A DNA stretch of 61,756 nt, the filler included, from Circinaria calcarea (taxonomy: Eukaryota), in assembly GCA_051942165.1 (NCBI GenBank). It is 4 parts of 4 records of this genome, joined end to end, with 100 filler letters (N's around TTAATTAATTAA, not from the genome) between each part and the next. Parts side by side here need not be neighbours in the genome. Positions count along the whole stretch, not along the records: positions 1 to 15,400 come from JAVECS010000366.1; 3 more parts are not named here. One strand, given 5' to 3'. Positions 1 through 12,065 of the stretch are shown here, in pieces (the first letter of the stretch is position 1; every line of letters begins with the position of its first letter). Both the position numbers and the translations under genes were made by a program. The notes beneath the pieces are model-generated. The model was not told where the DNA came from and ran no database searches. It saw only the letters and a list, made by a program, of their open reading frames with translations.

Positions 1-132
1 TCTCCCTCTGCCTCCATAACCATCCCCATCCCAAAAACAGCCCTCGATATCCGCCGCTTAGAACGTACGATCCAAGCGGCGGATATCGAGGGCTGTTTTT
101 GGGATGGGGATGGTTATGGAGGCAGAGGGAGA
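1..132. repeat. Perfect 59-bp fold-back inverted repeat at contig start (probable chimera/assembly artifact)
   Basis: 1-59 is the exact reverse complement of 74-132, with a 14-nt loop (60-73). It sits at the very end of the contig and duplicates coding sequence. Confidence 0.9.
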
Positions 133-1122
133 GGGAGATGAGGAGGTGGTGGTGGTAGTGGTAGTGGTAGTGGTGGCGGGAGAAGGGGAAGAAGGGAAGA
201 GAGGGAGCGGGGCGAGTGGTTCGTGGAGCTCTGTGAGGGTGCGGTTGTGGTTGCGGGCTTGGAGGCGTTGGCTACGGTAGGGTCCCAATCAGCATTTGTT
301 GAAAGTTTACCGCGTCTTGGAAAGAAAGAAAGAAAGGAGGGAGGGGGGAGAAGAGAAGCGAATGTACTTTTCGATTTCTAAAAGAGCGGTCGTATCGGCC
401 GTGTCGTTGTCGCTGGTGTTGAATCCTTGGGAGAGGAATGTCTGCATTTCGGAGCAGGCGTGCTGAAGGCGGGAGAGGTGGCACTGCAGGCCGAGGGAGA
501 GGGTGGTGGTGTTGTGGTGGAGGGTGAAGAGGCGGGGATTGGGTTGCGTTTGGGACATAGTGGGTACTGGGTAGGTTGGTTGGGTGGCGTTTGGTGCGTT
601 GATAAAGGGGGAAGGAGGGCGACTGGTTTGGCGGGTGGGTGCAGTGGTATTGGGAATGTAAGGAGTCGAACACTGTTTGAGTTGGGGTTTGGTGGGATGC
701 GAGATCGGAAGTCTATGAGAGGGCCGCGGGGCGGACGTGGGTGCAAGTCTGCGTGGGTCCTTGGAAGGAGAAGGTCGCGCGTACGGATGATTTCGTGCGT
801 TCTCGCCGCTACGGGAGTAACGGAATTGAGCTGGTGGGTACAGCTGACGGGTTCGGGTTGAGGGTTGGGATATAGAGAAGGGTGCGTTTTCTGGTGGTTG
901 GGACTGAGCGCGGTTGGGAGGGGAGATGTCGTAGAAAAAGGGTAGGTGTGTCGGTGAGGTGACGGCGGATTGAGTGTTTGAGGGCGGAGACATAGGGGAG
1001 TAGGAGAGGTCTGAGGAAGTTACGCTGGGTGAGATAGAGAGGAGGGCAGGGTCGATTGAGGTGATGGCTGTAGAGGGGAAGTTGAAAGGGTCGTCTGCCA
1101 TTGTAGATTGAGGGTGTGACAT
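69..1122 (-). CDS. Hypothetical Pro/Ser-rich protein with possible Mug135-like (DUF1773) C-terminal motif; 3'-partial
   Basis: ORF 307..1122 is spliced via a GTACAT...GCTGAT...CGTAG intron (367-272) in frame to the 58..288 frame, giving EIENQRLQARNHNRTLTELHEPLAPL...IPIPKTALDIRRLD. A further donor-like GTACGT occurs near 68. The domain call rests on recalling the N.xARxxN...L.PL...P.T..I..L pattern. Confidence 0.55.
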
Positions 1123-1893
1123 TTTTCAGAATAGGTATCAATCAGGTTTGATGATAACGCTGTCTTTAGGAGTTTTATAGATCTGCTTGTGAGGGAAGGT
1201 GTTCGTTATAATGTATGGAGTGGTTCCTTTGTCCCCGTAAAGGGACTTGAGACATGCAGTACTTAGCATGTCTTGAGCTTCGGACCATCTAGAAGGGGAC
1301 CATAGTAGATGACCTAAAGAGATGTCGCGGATGTCCGCACTAGTAGCAGAGTATTGAGGTAGTGGCCGCGCAGAATATTCACAATGTCTCTTTTTTCGAA
1401 CTACAAGGACAAGAAGTTTTTATACACTCGAGAAACTGACAAGGTTGCAAGGGCATCTTTGAACAATATAGGCATACAAGAGATGCGAACGAAGGAAATG
1501 CTCGGATAGAGCTACTTGCTACTGTGTCTCTAACGGAGGTAACGGGTGCATGTAACTTCTGCACCTGTGTAGTACCATTGGAGCAAATCTCGTGGCATAG
1601 TTTAACTTCGGGTGTGCAACTCCTCTACAAGCCATTTTCCCTCATCTTGACAAATATGACTGAAAGATTAGGCTAACCGTGTCTGTGACATTTTACTGCC
1701 TTCCCAGAAGAGTAATGATGAGGGTAGGGTCGTAGAATGAAGTTATACACAGAAGTGGGTAGGGCTGCACTAGTTTTGTTCAAGGTTAGCCTGGTCGGAG
1801 CTCTTGGCATAGAATTTTTGACTTTCCCGCACTTCAGTTCACCAACGTCTTTTTCAAGTCCAGCAAGAACAGCACCACAACCCTCCTTTCAAG

Positions 1894-3197
1894 ATGTCGG
1901 ATGGCACTCCTTTGTACGCGCCTGCTTATCCCCCGGGCGCACATACAAAGGGTGGCGGGCTTCGTGGTGGTCCAAAGCGATGGACTGGCGCTGGACCTCG
2001 ACCAGCACGACATATACCATGGCCGGAGGTAAGCTCGAATCATCCTCAATTGCACCGTAACATCAACTCACAAGACCGCAGATCTTTAAGCACCACATCT
2101 CTGTTGTAGAAGGTCATCTTAAGATGCTAGATATGATCAGGAAGCATACTGTGCCGAACACGGGCAATTGGCGCTCTATCTGCACGATGGTTGATCGGGC
2201 CCATGATATGCTACGTATGGCAAAGGATGCTACGAGGTCTTTTGTATGTCCCTACAGTCACCAAACGTGTTCATGTTCATTGATGAATTACTAGGTGCCT
2301 CCATCGAACGAAAAGGAGCAGGTTCCAATTGGGTCATCATCTGCATCCATGTACCCTGGATACTCGCCTGCAGACCACCAATACGGTGAGGCAGCGCAGG
2401 AATTTGGAGCTGCTTGGTCTGCTGCAAAGTCCAACGGCCTTGAGTTCAAGCCACCTCCAGATGGACCACAGTATGAAATGGCTCAAGCAAAGGGCGTGAA
2501 GAAGAGTACATTGGCGGGAATCAGAGCGGCAAAGGCAGCTCGTGGCGAAGGTAGCGGTAGTGGAAGTGGCTCTGGATCTGAGGCACCAACTGCGCGATCG
2601 ACCTCGAATGGTGTCTCTACGAACGGCAATAAGGAAGACGCCAAGAGCGAGGATGCTACCAAAGAGAATGGAAATCCATACTTCGTGGTTGATACAAACC
2701 CTACTCCAGTCAACCTGCCCGGTATCTCACATCAGCCTGCGAAAAGAACTTCAGATGAACAATCTCCTAAGGAGACGGGGCACAGGAAGTCTAAGAAAGC
2801 CAAAACCAAGCATGAGGGAGAGCCTGTTGCTATCAAGGAGAAGCGAGTGGAATTTGAAGACATCTCTGCAGAGGTTGATGCTAGGCTGAAGGAGAAGGAG
2901 GAAAAACGGAAACGAAAGGAAGAGAAGAAGAGGAAGCGAGTATCGGACGAAGCTCCTGATGCAGCGGCGGAGACTGTGGCTGAAGCTGTGGAAGTCGCCA
3001 CGGAGGTTGAGAAGCCCAAGAAGAAGAAGTCGAAGAAGGCTGGGGAGAATGGCGTGGTTGCAGGTGCCGAGGGCATCGTACCGGCTAAAAGGTCTGGCTC
3101 CAGCGGCGATGAGGCAGCAGGGGAGAGCGGTAAGACGAAGAAAAAGCCCAAAAGGAGCAAGGAAGGCAAGCAAGGGAACGGAAATCTGGAGGAATGA
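1894..3197 (+). CDS. Conserved-type fungal hypothetical protein with Lys/Glu-rich C-terminus (3 exons)
   Basis: Exons 1894-2028, 2082-2243 and 2295-3197 with GTAAGC...CGCAG and GTATGT...CTAG introns give one open frame: MSDGTPLYAPAYPPG...HIPWPE|IFKHHISVVEGHLKMLDMIRKH...ATRSF|VPPSNEK...FEDISAEVDARLKEKEEKRKRKEEKKRKR. Confidence 0.8.
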
Positions 3198-4566
3198 TTG
3201 ATATTTTGTAGCCTCGACTCGGTGTGATGATCTCAGGCGTAGATTGAATTTGATTGGTGCAAATCTTCCTTCCCACCCTCGATTAGCGACGTAACCTCTG
3301 CTCGGGCAGGTTTAACCTCCCGTTCATACTTTGGAACTGTAGCAGTACCGTTGACTGTTTGGAAGCCACGTCCATGCCCCATCTTTCCTACCCGAAGACG
3401 GAATGTATCAGACAGTCTTAGCAATCCCACATGCTTAGCCATTATAACAATACTAGGATAAGAATCAAATAGGGCAGCTGCTGTAGGATATATTCATTCA
3501 CGTATGGTTTAGTCAGCCTAAGATTCCGGGAAGCGCGTAGGACAGGCGACTACTTCACTAGGAGATGCTTTGGTTCTCCACGTCTGAGAATGGCGGGCAT
3601 GACCGAGAAACCAAGCGCATGGTTTTTCTCTTTTCGCTTATGGTACCCAAAAGCCCCTTTCCCTGGGATAACAAGGTCAACAGAGGCCCCCGGGGCAAAA
3701 AGGATGGCGGTGGCAATCTAGGCCCGTGCCAACGAGGGTTCACACCAAATTCGGCCAGCTTGTCCAGTAATGAAAAAGCAGTTCAGGTGCAATTCAGGTC
3801 ATGTCGGTCGGTCTACGTCTTAGGTTAAGGGTCGGGTTGGGGTAATAAGGACTGTTAAAAAGAGACTGCGGACTATTTTAATATCTAAGAATAAATAAGC
3901 GGGCTCTTTTGAGGTTAATTTCATGTGTCTGAATGAGAATGAAAGTTATGATTATTCCAAGCCTGTGCATTCTCTCAGTGTAGTGTCTGGGTCAGTCCGA
4001 TTGGTGCCGTTCCCACCGGAATGAACGGCGCGTTTGTTTCCGGCTCATCTTTATACTTTTACATTTTTTGATTAGATGCGACGGTAGAATTTCTTGCCAG
4101 ATAGGCTAGCCTGATTAGCTGCGTTTGAAGATGATATTATCTGGTACATGTACATTGATCTGAAGACGTCGGTGCGATGCGTTTGGTTCTAACTGATCCG
4201 GCCTACTGTAAAGCTGTATCCTGCCCGGCCAATTAATATTTGTTTACTCCATCACACCTCCTAAAACTCGCCGCTAACACGTGAAATGTGGTGGAAAGGT
4301 ATAGGGGGGCTTGCTGTGTCACGTGCTAGATAAGGTTTTTCATGCTCAAGACCTTCTTCACACCCCCCTTGAGAGCTTTTCTCGCTGTATAGCTAGTTTT
4401 GGTATATACACGCATAGCGCAATACATGCCACGAGACATGCCGCTTCATGAGAATAGCTTGAGAACACAAGCCTGATTCTATCCACTTACTTACTGTCTC
4501 GGTCACCACAGAACATAAGCAACGAGTGGACTTGCGTTCAAGTGCAGTAACACATGGATCAGCCAG

Positions 4567-7500
4567 CTATGTGTCTATTAATACGGCTGGGTTTCCAAAT
4601 CCTGCGTGAATTTCGCCAGACCCCTTCTCCGCACGATTAGACTTCCCATTGACTTCCCACAGACTCTCGTCCTCTATGCCCACAACAACGACACCGCCCA
4701 TGTCTGCGTAAGCTTCATCCCCTTCGATATGTTCCCCGTCCGTAGTCTGATGCACAGATCCCGTCATCTGTCCGTTCACCCATTCCTCAATCCCTTCAAG
4801 ATTGCTACTTGGTCCGTCCTGGTCTAATACTTTTTCTCTCAAAGCGACCTCGCGGTCATTCTCCTCCTGGAAGCAAGCAAGAAGAGGTGATCCCAGTTCC
4901 TCAAGCTGTTGTCTGTAGATATCCCGGAGATGGGTTCGGATGCAATATTCCTGCTTCTCTTTGAGCCATCGCCAATTTTCTGGGGTGTCCTGAAAACTGG
5001 AATCGAATGGAGCATCAAAGGCTTCGCTGCAATCTTCGGAGTCCAGCAGTGGAGGATACGCTGTCTTGAACATAAGTGGCTCAAATTCGGCACGCTCCCA
5101 GTCCAGGAGAGCAACAAGTTTACCATTGGAATCTGCCAGAAGATTTTCCACAGAGATGTCTGGGTGGCTCAGGCAAGTGAGAAAGTCTAAGCCCGTCTTC
5201 ACAGCGCATAGTCGAGGAAGTGCGTTCTGAAGGGTTTTAAGGTGAAAGGCGGTGGACCTATTCCATTTGCTCTGTGGACCATACTCCTTCCTGTTTTCTT
5301 CTTCCTCCCAATCCCGTAGAGCTTCTTTGCTGATCTGCGCTAATTCCTTTCGTCGACTTTCTTTGGCCCTTTTCGCCTCCCGGAACTCCTCATATGTTTG
5401 GTCTTGCCTTTGTAAAACCTCAGAACTGAGTTTGTTAATAGGATCGGCCATTTCTTGCGCATATATTTCGAGCGCAGCGTTGTAGAAGGCCAATAAAGAC
5501 ATGAAAGGTCCCCGATTGACCTCATAAGTTGAACGTCGATCGCGAGAGAATAGGAAGTCGGTTGAAGGGCCAATATAAAACTCCAAGTCTGTTTCTGTCC
5601 AGCGTAGATAGACTCCCCCAATCCTGTTGCTCTGTAACCGTGCTAGCTCATCCTGCCAGCCAGCGACTTGCTTGGTTAAAAACTTGTGATCTTCATTATC
5701 CATATCAATCCAGTCCGAGCCAAGGCTTTTCCCGTAAACCTTCTCCATCAGCATCCATTCAAGGCCAAGCGGGTTGTCGAATGAGGAGTCGTAGGCATAG
5801 ATTCTAGGCACAGGGATACTAGTGAAGTGTCTAGCAAGCTCAATAGTGGCAACCTCGGACTCCGTTTTGTAAAAAGGATCGACTGGTTGTGATAAACGGA
5901 AGATATACTCTTTCTGCTGGTTATCTTCCTTATTTACAGTAGAGATCTTAAAAACGCTGTTAAAACCTCCCTCAGCCATAAAGGTGACTACTAGGTTCTT
6001 GCTATTAGATCCTAGTTGTTCGACGGTAGCTGCAATAGTCTGTTTGATGAGCTCAATATCTGGCTCTGCGATCCAGTATGCCTCGGGTCCCCAGTATAAG
6101 TCATGCTTCCAACGGATCCAGCGCCTCTGTGCAGCCAGCGAGAATGGCCGTGGGCCTGCTTGTGAGATGCGAATTGGGTATTTGGGCTTTGCTACACTCT
6201 TATAGGTCTCGTAGGAAATTTCGACTGGAGAGCTTGATATTAAGCTAGGATGGGTGTGAGCGTCCTCTATATCTTCCACCTTATTAGCTGGTCGGTGATC
6301 GCTCAGTGGAGCGCTATCAGCATCCACCATCGATTCTCCGTTATTGGAGGACCCACTATCCTTCGGCAGGGGTCTGTCATTACCCTCCATCCTTTCGTCG
6401 TTACCGCAAGATTCGTCATCCCTTGGTGGAGATTCTATTGTTGATATTTCCCTCCCCCCCTGGACATTGCTTTCAGACTCTTTCTCCGAGTTTTCTGTAT
6501 CCTCTTCACCATCTGCCCAATACTCAACCCAAAGTTTCGTATTGTTTGCAGACATAGCCGCATGAAGGGCCCTATCCTTCAGCTTATACCAGAAACCTTC
6601 CTGGTCATCGAGGATCGTTAGGATAGACCGAATATCTTGCAGGTGCTGGCTATAAATTGGGCGAAGCTTGGTTGCAAGGATATCGCTCCAGTGATTCTCA
6701 ACTCGGGCCCATTCTTCGGGTTCGTCATTTTGGAACTCAATGTTCGCCGGGACATCGTACAGATCTGGCAGGTCCTCGGAGACCAGAATTCTTGGATACA
6801 TCTCTATAAACTCCATGGGTCGAAACTCAACGTTCTCCCAGTCGAGAAGAGCGGTAATTTCGCCTTGAGGATTGATCATGATATTCATGGCTGAGATGTC
6901 ATTATGGGCGAGGGTCATGTAATCTTCCTCCGACACAGGGCATACGCGTGGTAATGAGTCTAGAAGAGCTTGTATCTCTGGTATGACTTCAGTGAGATCG
7001 TAAGCCGGTAGTCCATAAGTAATTCTTCGACGATAGTCGTCCACATCATCGTCAGTAAAATGAGGATACGCATGCTTGACTGCTGCTTTGTAATCTCCAC
7101 TGGACTGCCCTCGGACCTTCTCTATCTTGTACAACGGCTGATGATATGGATCGTTGAGTTCTTGCAGTTGCACTTGAAGAGCGGCGCTCGTAAAATCGCG
7201 GAACGAATCAAAGGGTCCTCGATTAGGCTGGTACAGCAGTCGCCTATCCATGTAGAACACCTCATGGATTGATGGACCAACGAAAAATTCCATGTCTGTA
7301 TCTGTCCAGCGGAGGTAAAGGCCGCCAATCTTTGAAGCACGATTCCCTATCAACTCATTTTGCCAGTCGGCAACTTGTTTCATGAGGAGTACGTGCTGAC
7401 CATTTTCAAGGTCAAGCCAGCTCTCGGCCAGTGGTGTGCCAACAATTCTCTCCATCAGCATCCACTCAAGACCGAGCTCATTATCTAACGAGGAATCATA

Positions 7501-8544
7501 CGCGTATATGATTGGCACGGGGATACTCGTGAAATGTCTGACGTACTCTGTAGTAGCCACCTCACATTCGATCTTGTAATAGGGATCAATAGGTAGTGGT
7601 ATGCGAAAGATGTATTCTTTTGAAGCTCCAGTCTGGTTGTGAGACGTTGTAACAGAGTATACCTTATTGTATGCCCCTTCACCGACTGAAGCTATTTCAA
7701 TCTTGCTCCCATCCATACCCAGCATTTCCAGTACAGGTTTGACTGTAGGCTTAATAAGCTGAACGTCAGGCTCGGCCTTCCAATCTTGATCATAGCCATC
7801 CAGCAAACAGCGCCACCATCGTACCCAGTGCTGGTGCTTTTCAAGCGAGAATGGTTGGGGACCAAAATTAGAAATACGAATTGGGTATTGAGGTTTTGGA
7901 ATACTTTTGTAGGTCTCATTTGAGATTTTGATTGGAGAGCTTAACCTCAAGTCAGGAGAGCCGTCAGTATCCTCCACCTTCTCGTCGGTATCGAAGGATC
8001 CGTTATCGCTAAGGGGAGATGATTTTGTTGATGCCCGGGAACTAATGCCATCATGGTCGGTCTGTTCCAAGGCCATACATGAGTTGCCGGATTCAATCGC
8101 TTTTAATCCATCAGACGGAGAGTGGGAACTACTCCATGATCAGTCCAGAGCCGCTTGGGGTTCTAATTTTATTTACCGTGCCTTGAGATGCTTTCCTTTC
8201 AATAGATCAGATGGACTATTCTCTGAGTTGATCGGGTCCGCTGGATATCGGCGCGCGGGCGTCTGGATAGGTGAGGAAGACCGAACTGGTCGAGGAAGCT
8301 CTTCTGCGATATTCTGGATGGCTAGCGGGGCTAGAGGTGGTTCCGATACTATCGGCTGATCAGATATTGCATGTTGGTTGGCTACTGGATAGTCGAGTGT
8401 CGTCTGGCTAGGCACTGGCTGCTCTGGTACAGGTTGGTCCTGTACAAGCGCAGCTGCCGCAGCGCCTTCGGGTCGATGGAATATGCTCCTTAACAGATGG
8501 AGAATATTCTTCATTAGCTTGTGCACGTAAAAGATGAACTCCAT
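4567..8544 (-). CDS. Tandem double aminoglycoside-phosphotransferase/choline-kinase-like (APH) domain protein, ~1309 aa, 2 exons
   Basis: The 1169-aa ORF has two homologous halves, each with GxxN (GEGAYNKVY / AEGGFNSVF), E..T..(F)TSIPVP..YAYDSS.DN.LGLEWMLME, HxD..xxN (HNDISAMN / HPDISVEN) and ALLDWE. A 48-nt intron (8176-8129, GTAAAT...ACTGAT...GTAG) joins ORF 8173..8544 in frame. Confidence 0.88.
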
Positions 8545-9368
8545 GACTGCTGAAGCTCGAGGTGAAATGGCAATACGAAGAGAAAACGCCTTTAGACTGG
8601 AGAGATCCAGGTAGATGGTCGGCGGGAGTGTTTTAAGGCAGGAAGATAGGCAAGGAGATTGCTTACCCGGGAATCTCTGTCCGAGTCACTGTCATGGTGA
8701 ATGAGTTTGGAGGTTTGGAGGTTGAATGTGGAGTCAATGGTGGGGGCTTGTGGAATGGGTGAAGGATGGGAGATGACGATGGATGCCCCAGAGGAGTGAT
8801 ATCTACACAAGCCTTGAAATCGGTTATTGCTGTGTTTGAGTAGAGTCTAAGCGAGAGGGTATCCTGAATCCTTGGCACTCGGGGGATAGCCCCTACGACC
8901 CCTTTTACCATCAAGGACTCGAGAAAGCCCGCATCGTGCAGGATTTAAACAGTTGACGATTGATACTATTGTAATATCGATAGTATCGGCTGACTTTGGA
9001 GAAAGATTCTTATTATCTCGACGCCGATCCTGTGTCTCTTCCGCTGGGGAGAGCTTATTCAAGAAACTCAGGTGTCGTCGACTTGAATGCCTCACGCCCC
9101 GTCAGGTCTACCAAAGGACAAAGAGCCTCGAAACCCGGATCGATCGATTTGGCCTACAGTAGAGTGGACAAAGGGCCTCGAAGCCCCTTTTCTTTTCCAA
9201 GCCCAAAAAGGACCCGATGGCCCGTGCTGATTTTGCCGAGGGCCGAGGGCCGAGGGCCGACAGCGGCGCCCTCGTACCGATATCACCCTCAGGAAGGTAC
9301 GGAGTAGCCGTTGAAGTAAGATAGGAATTGCTGATATCCGTGTTGAAGGGGGAGAGGTGATTGAATAT

Positions 9369-9444
9369 AATATCCGAGTAACATGTAGAATGAATATCCG
9401 AGTAACATGTAGAGTGAATATCCGAGTAACATGTAGAGTGAATA
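9369..9444. repeat. 24-bp tandem repeat x3 (AATATCCGAGTAACATGTAGAGTG)
   Basis: Three head-to-tail copies at 9369, 9393 and 9417 with one mismatch and no spacers. Confidence 0.9.
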
Positions 9445-9803
9445 CAGGATGACCACGTACTGTACTGTGCAGTGACTGTTCCCCCCCCCCAATCATCATC
9501 CTTTGGCTATATATTTGGGCCCACACCTACCCCATCCCCACCAAACAAACATCCTTTTAGTTTTAACACTTTTAAAACTTCAAAACCCCATCAAAGGGAC
9601 TTTTTTCCCCCCCTTCCTTCAAACCATCCAGTGCCCCCTCCTCCTACTACAGTACAGTACCCACTCTACCCTTTCAAAGTCCCCCTTCAAGTACATCCAG
9701 TCTCGAACAATACAACGCTTGCGTACCATAGTCCCCTCCTCCAAACCCTCCAAAGCAGACCTCATCTTTCAAAAGGTACCACGTCAGCAAATCCGCCCCA
9801 TGA

Positions 9804-10778
9804 ATGGTTCAGCAAGATAACACCTTGAAATCCTTCATCCGACATGAGCTCACCGACGACCAGATTACCGGCTTCTGGAACGGTAATCATTCGGTGACGG
9901 CTGGAGACCATTACCGGATAGATGTACAAAATGTAAGCCCCCGGGGGACAAATTGACGCATGTCGCTTTCCCCCCCCCCCTTGTATCCTTGACTGATCAC
10001 CCCTGGGTACCCATCCCACGCATAGATAACCACCGAGCGGCCGGGGAAGCCTATGTGTTATAACCTTCAGATCCAGTTGAATACGGCGACGAAGAGTCAA
10101 CACTTGTCTAAACTGAAGCGGAAGAAGGGGGGCAGTCAGGGCGGGCACTTCGCAAACTCGAAGCCGAGCCTCGCAATTCTCCTTGTAGAAGTTGGTGCTG
10201 AGCCCGGAGCAGAGCTCATGAGAGAGGTATGGGAGGCTGTCGCCCTCCCCCACGTCGCAGCACCTGTACCGAGAGGGTACATGTACAACGAGTAAGTAGG
10301 GTCCTGATTTGTTCACCGCACCTGAAGGCGGTCACTGAAAATCAGATTTAGCGAATCGTGGGTCAGAGGCGGCGGCCCCCATGGCAATACCCTGCTCGAA
10401 GAGGGACAGTCGACGAACGCGCAGAAGGAGGACGCCGCCAAGAAGCAGAAAGTCCGGAGGATGGCCTCCAGGGAGAAAGTAAAGAGCATAAGGGAAAGAC
10501 AAGAGGCGGAAATACGGACGAGAATTGCCGAGAAGGAAGCGGTCCGGCAAGAAGTCTTGGCCACGCAGGGACCGGCCGGCCTTGAAGATTACGATCGCGA
10601 GGAGCAGAGGAAAGCCGAAGAGGCGGAAGGCAAGGCGAAGCAAGACGCCGCCGACAAGGCGATAAGGATCGCGGCGGAAAAGAAGGCGGAACATGTAAAG
10701 ATAGCGATGTCTGGGAAAAAAGTTCCTACGGAGCCGGCAGAAAACTCCGCGATGGGGAAAAAGAGAAATAAGCAGTGA
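9804..10778 (+). CDS. Orphan 3-exon protein (~275 aa) with charged coiled-coil C-terminus
   Basis: Exons 9804-9932, 10026-10291 and 10346-10778 with GTAAGC...CATAG and GTAAGT...ATCAG introns give a continuous frame: MVQQDNTLKSFIRHELTDDQITGFWNG...YRIDVQN|ITTERPGKPMCYNLQIQLN...GYMYNE|FSESWVRGGGPHG...KKRNKQ. Confidence 0.75.
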
Positions 10779-11532
10779 AGATCCCCGGACTCCAGCAGAA
10801 CTTGATAAAAACGCCCTTGTTTCTTGGATAGCTTACCTGTATATAATAATGGGATTGATCGGCAAATTTTCCTCTTCTACGTATCTATCTCTTTTTCGAG
10901 ATGTCCACTCGCAGCATATTAACGTGCTTGAGATAGCTGTTGTACTAACGGCCGCTTATCTTCGGCGTATATTCTCATCTGAAGCCCAAATTGATGATGC
11001 GTGAAGATGTTGAGAATATGTTGAGCGCGGTGATGCTTTGGATTTTTTTTTCCAAGAAAAAAAGGTTTACATGCTTATATCTGACATACGATTCCGGGTG
11101 ACCAGTATTTTACAACAACCTGTTACTGGATTCTCAGCTTTTATCTATTGGAGTTAACTAAAACTATCGGCAACGGCCAAGTAACATCGGGACCCCTTAC
11201 TCACCTGAAAACCGTTGCAGTGTGTGATGGCTGTTAATATACCAACAGCAATGCTACCTTTAACACTAGAGCACTCGACTCCAGAAGGCTTCTCGATAGA
11301 TATATGGCCTCTGTTAGTAGGCACTCATTTGCCTACTTGCGGTTTTTAGCTTATAACATATGTTTATCTCTGCAAAAATCTCCTCGCTTGATGCATTCGT
11401 TATATATATGATGTTAATCGTTTTGTGCGACTGATATTGCGGGCCTGCAAATCAGTAGGTAGAGCTTTTGCATTATACATCCACGTTTTGCTCTTTCTCT
11501 ATATTCTGTAGATCTGGGTGTAGTAACGCTGA

Positions 11533-12065
11533 ATCGTTAAAGACATCGGTGGGAAAGGCAACGATGCCATAAGGATTGACCGACAGAATGTGAGTTTCAC
11601 TTTCTCAACCACCCGCTGATCTCAGCTATAATGTTAACCCCGAGATCTGACGTACCTTTGTGACAGCACCCCACCAGTCAACCGGGGATTTAGATCAACA
11701 CTCAGATGCAAGTTAACTGGCAATGTCCTGTTGCAGCCCTTAGTGGGTTGAAGCGAGGAACCTCCACGCATTCGAAGCCAATAGTAACAACTTTGATTGT
11801 ACAAGACCCAAAAGTCTACATGCCGTCGAAGCAGGAGCTGTATGACTCGTGGATGAAGGTGATCCCACCTTGGAGCGTCACGGGTAAGAACCAAGGTCCG
11901 CTTGGAAACCGTCGATCGGTACAGTTCTGTCCAGTCTCCATCACCGGATCGTGACGTTTGTTCTCTAGGCAAGGTAGAACCGCAGAATGAGGTAGTCGAG
12001 CAGGCTCCAACGGAGGCCCCTTGTGGAAGAGTGAAGCTACAACCGCGCTCACGAAAGACAAAATG
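11533..12065 (+). pseudogene. Diverged, probably decayed paralog of the 9804-10778 gene
   Basis: GNDAIRIDRQN|GTGAGT has the same phase-0 intron position as GDHYRIDVQN|GTAAGC. The next exon reads HPTSQPGI*INTQMQVN..LSGLKR..SKPIVTTLIV..PSKQELYDSWMKVIPP versus RPGKPMCYNLQIQLN..LSKLKR..SKPSLAILLV..PGAELMREVWEAVALP. In-frame stops occur at 11530 and 11691. Confidence 0.6.

Noticed and set aside
9369..9444. 24-bp repeats as a CRISPR-like array
   Set aside because: Units are directly adjacent with no spacers, the context is eukaryotic, and there are no cas genes.
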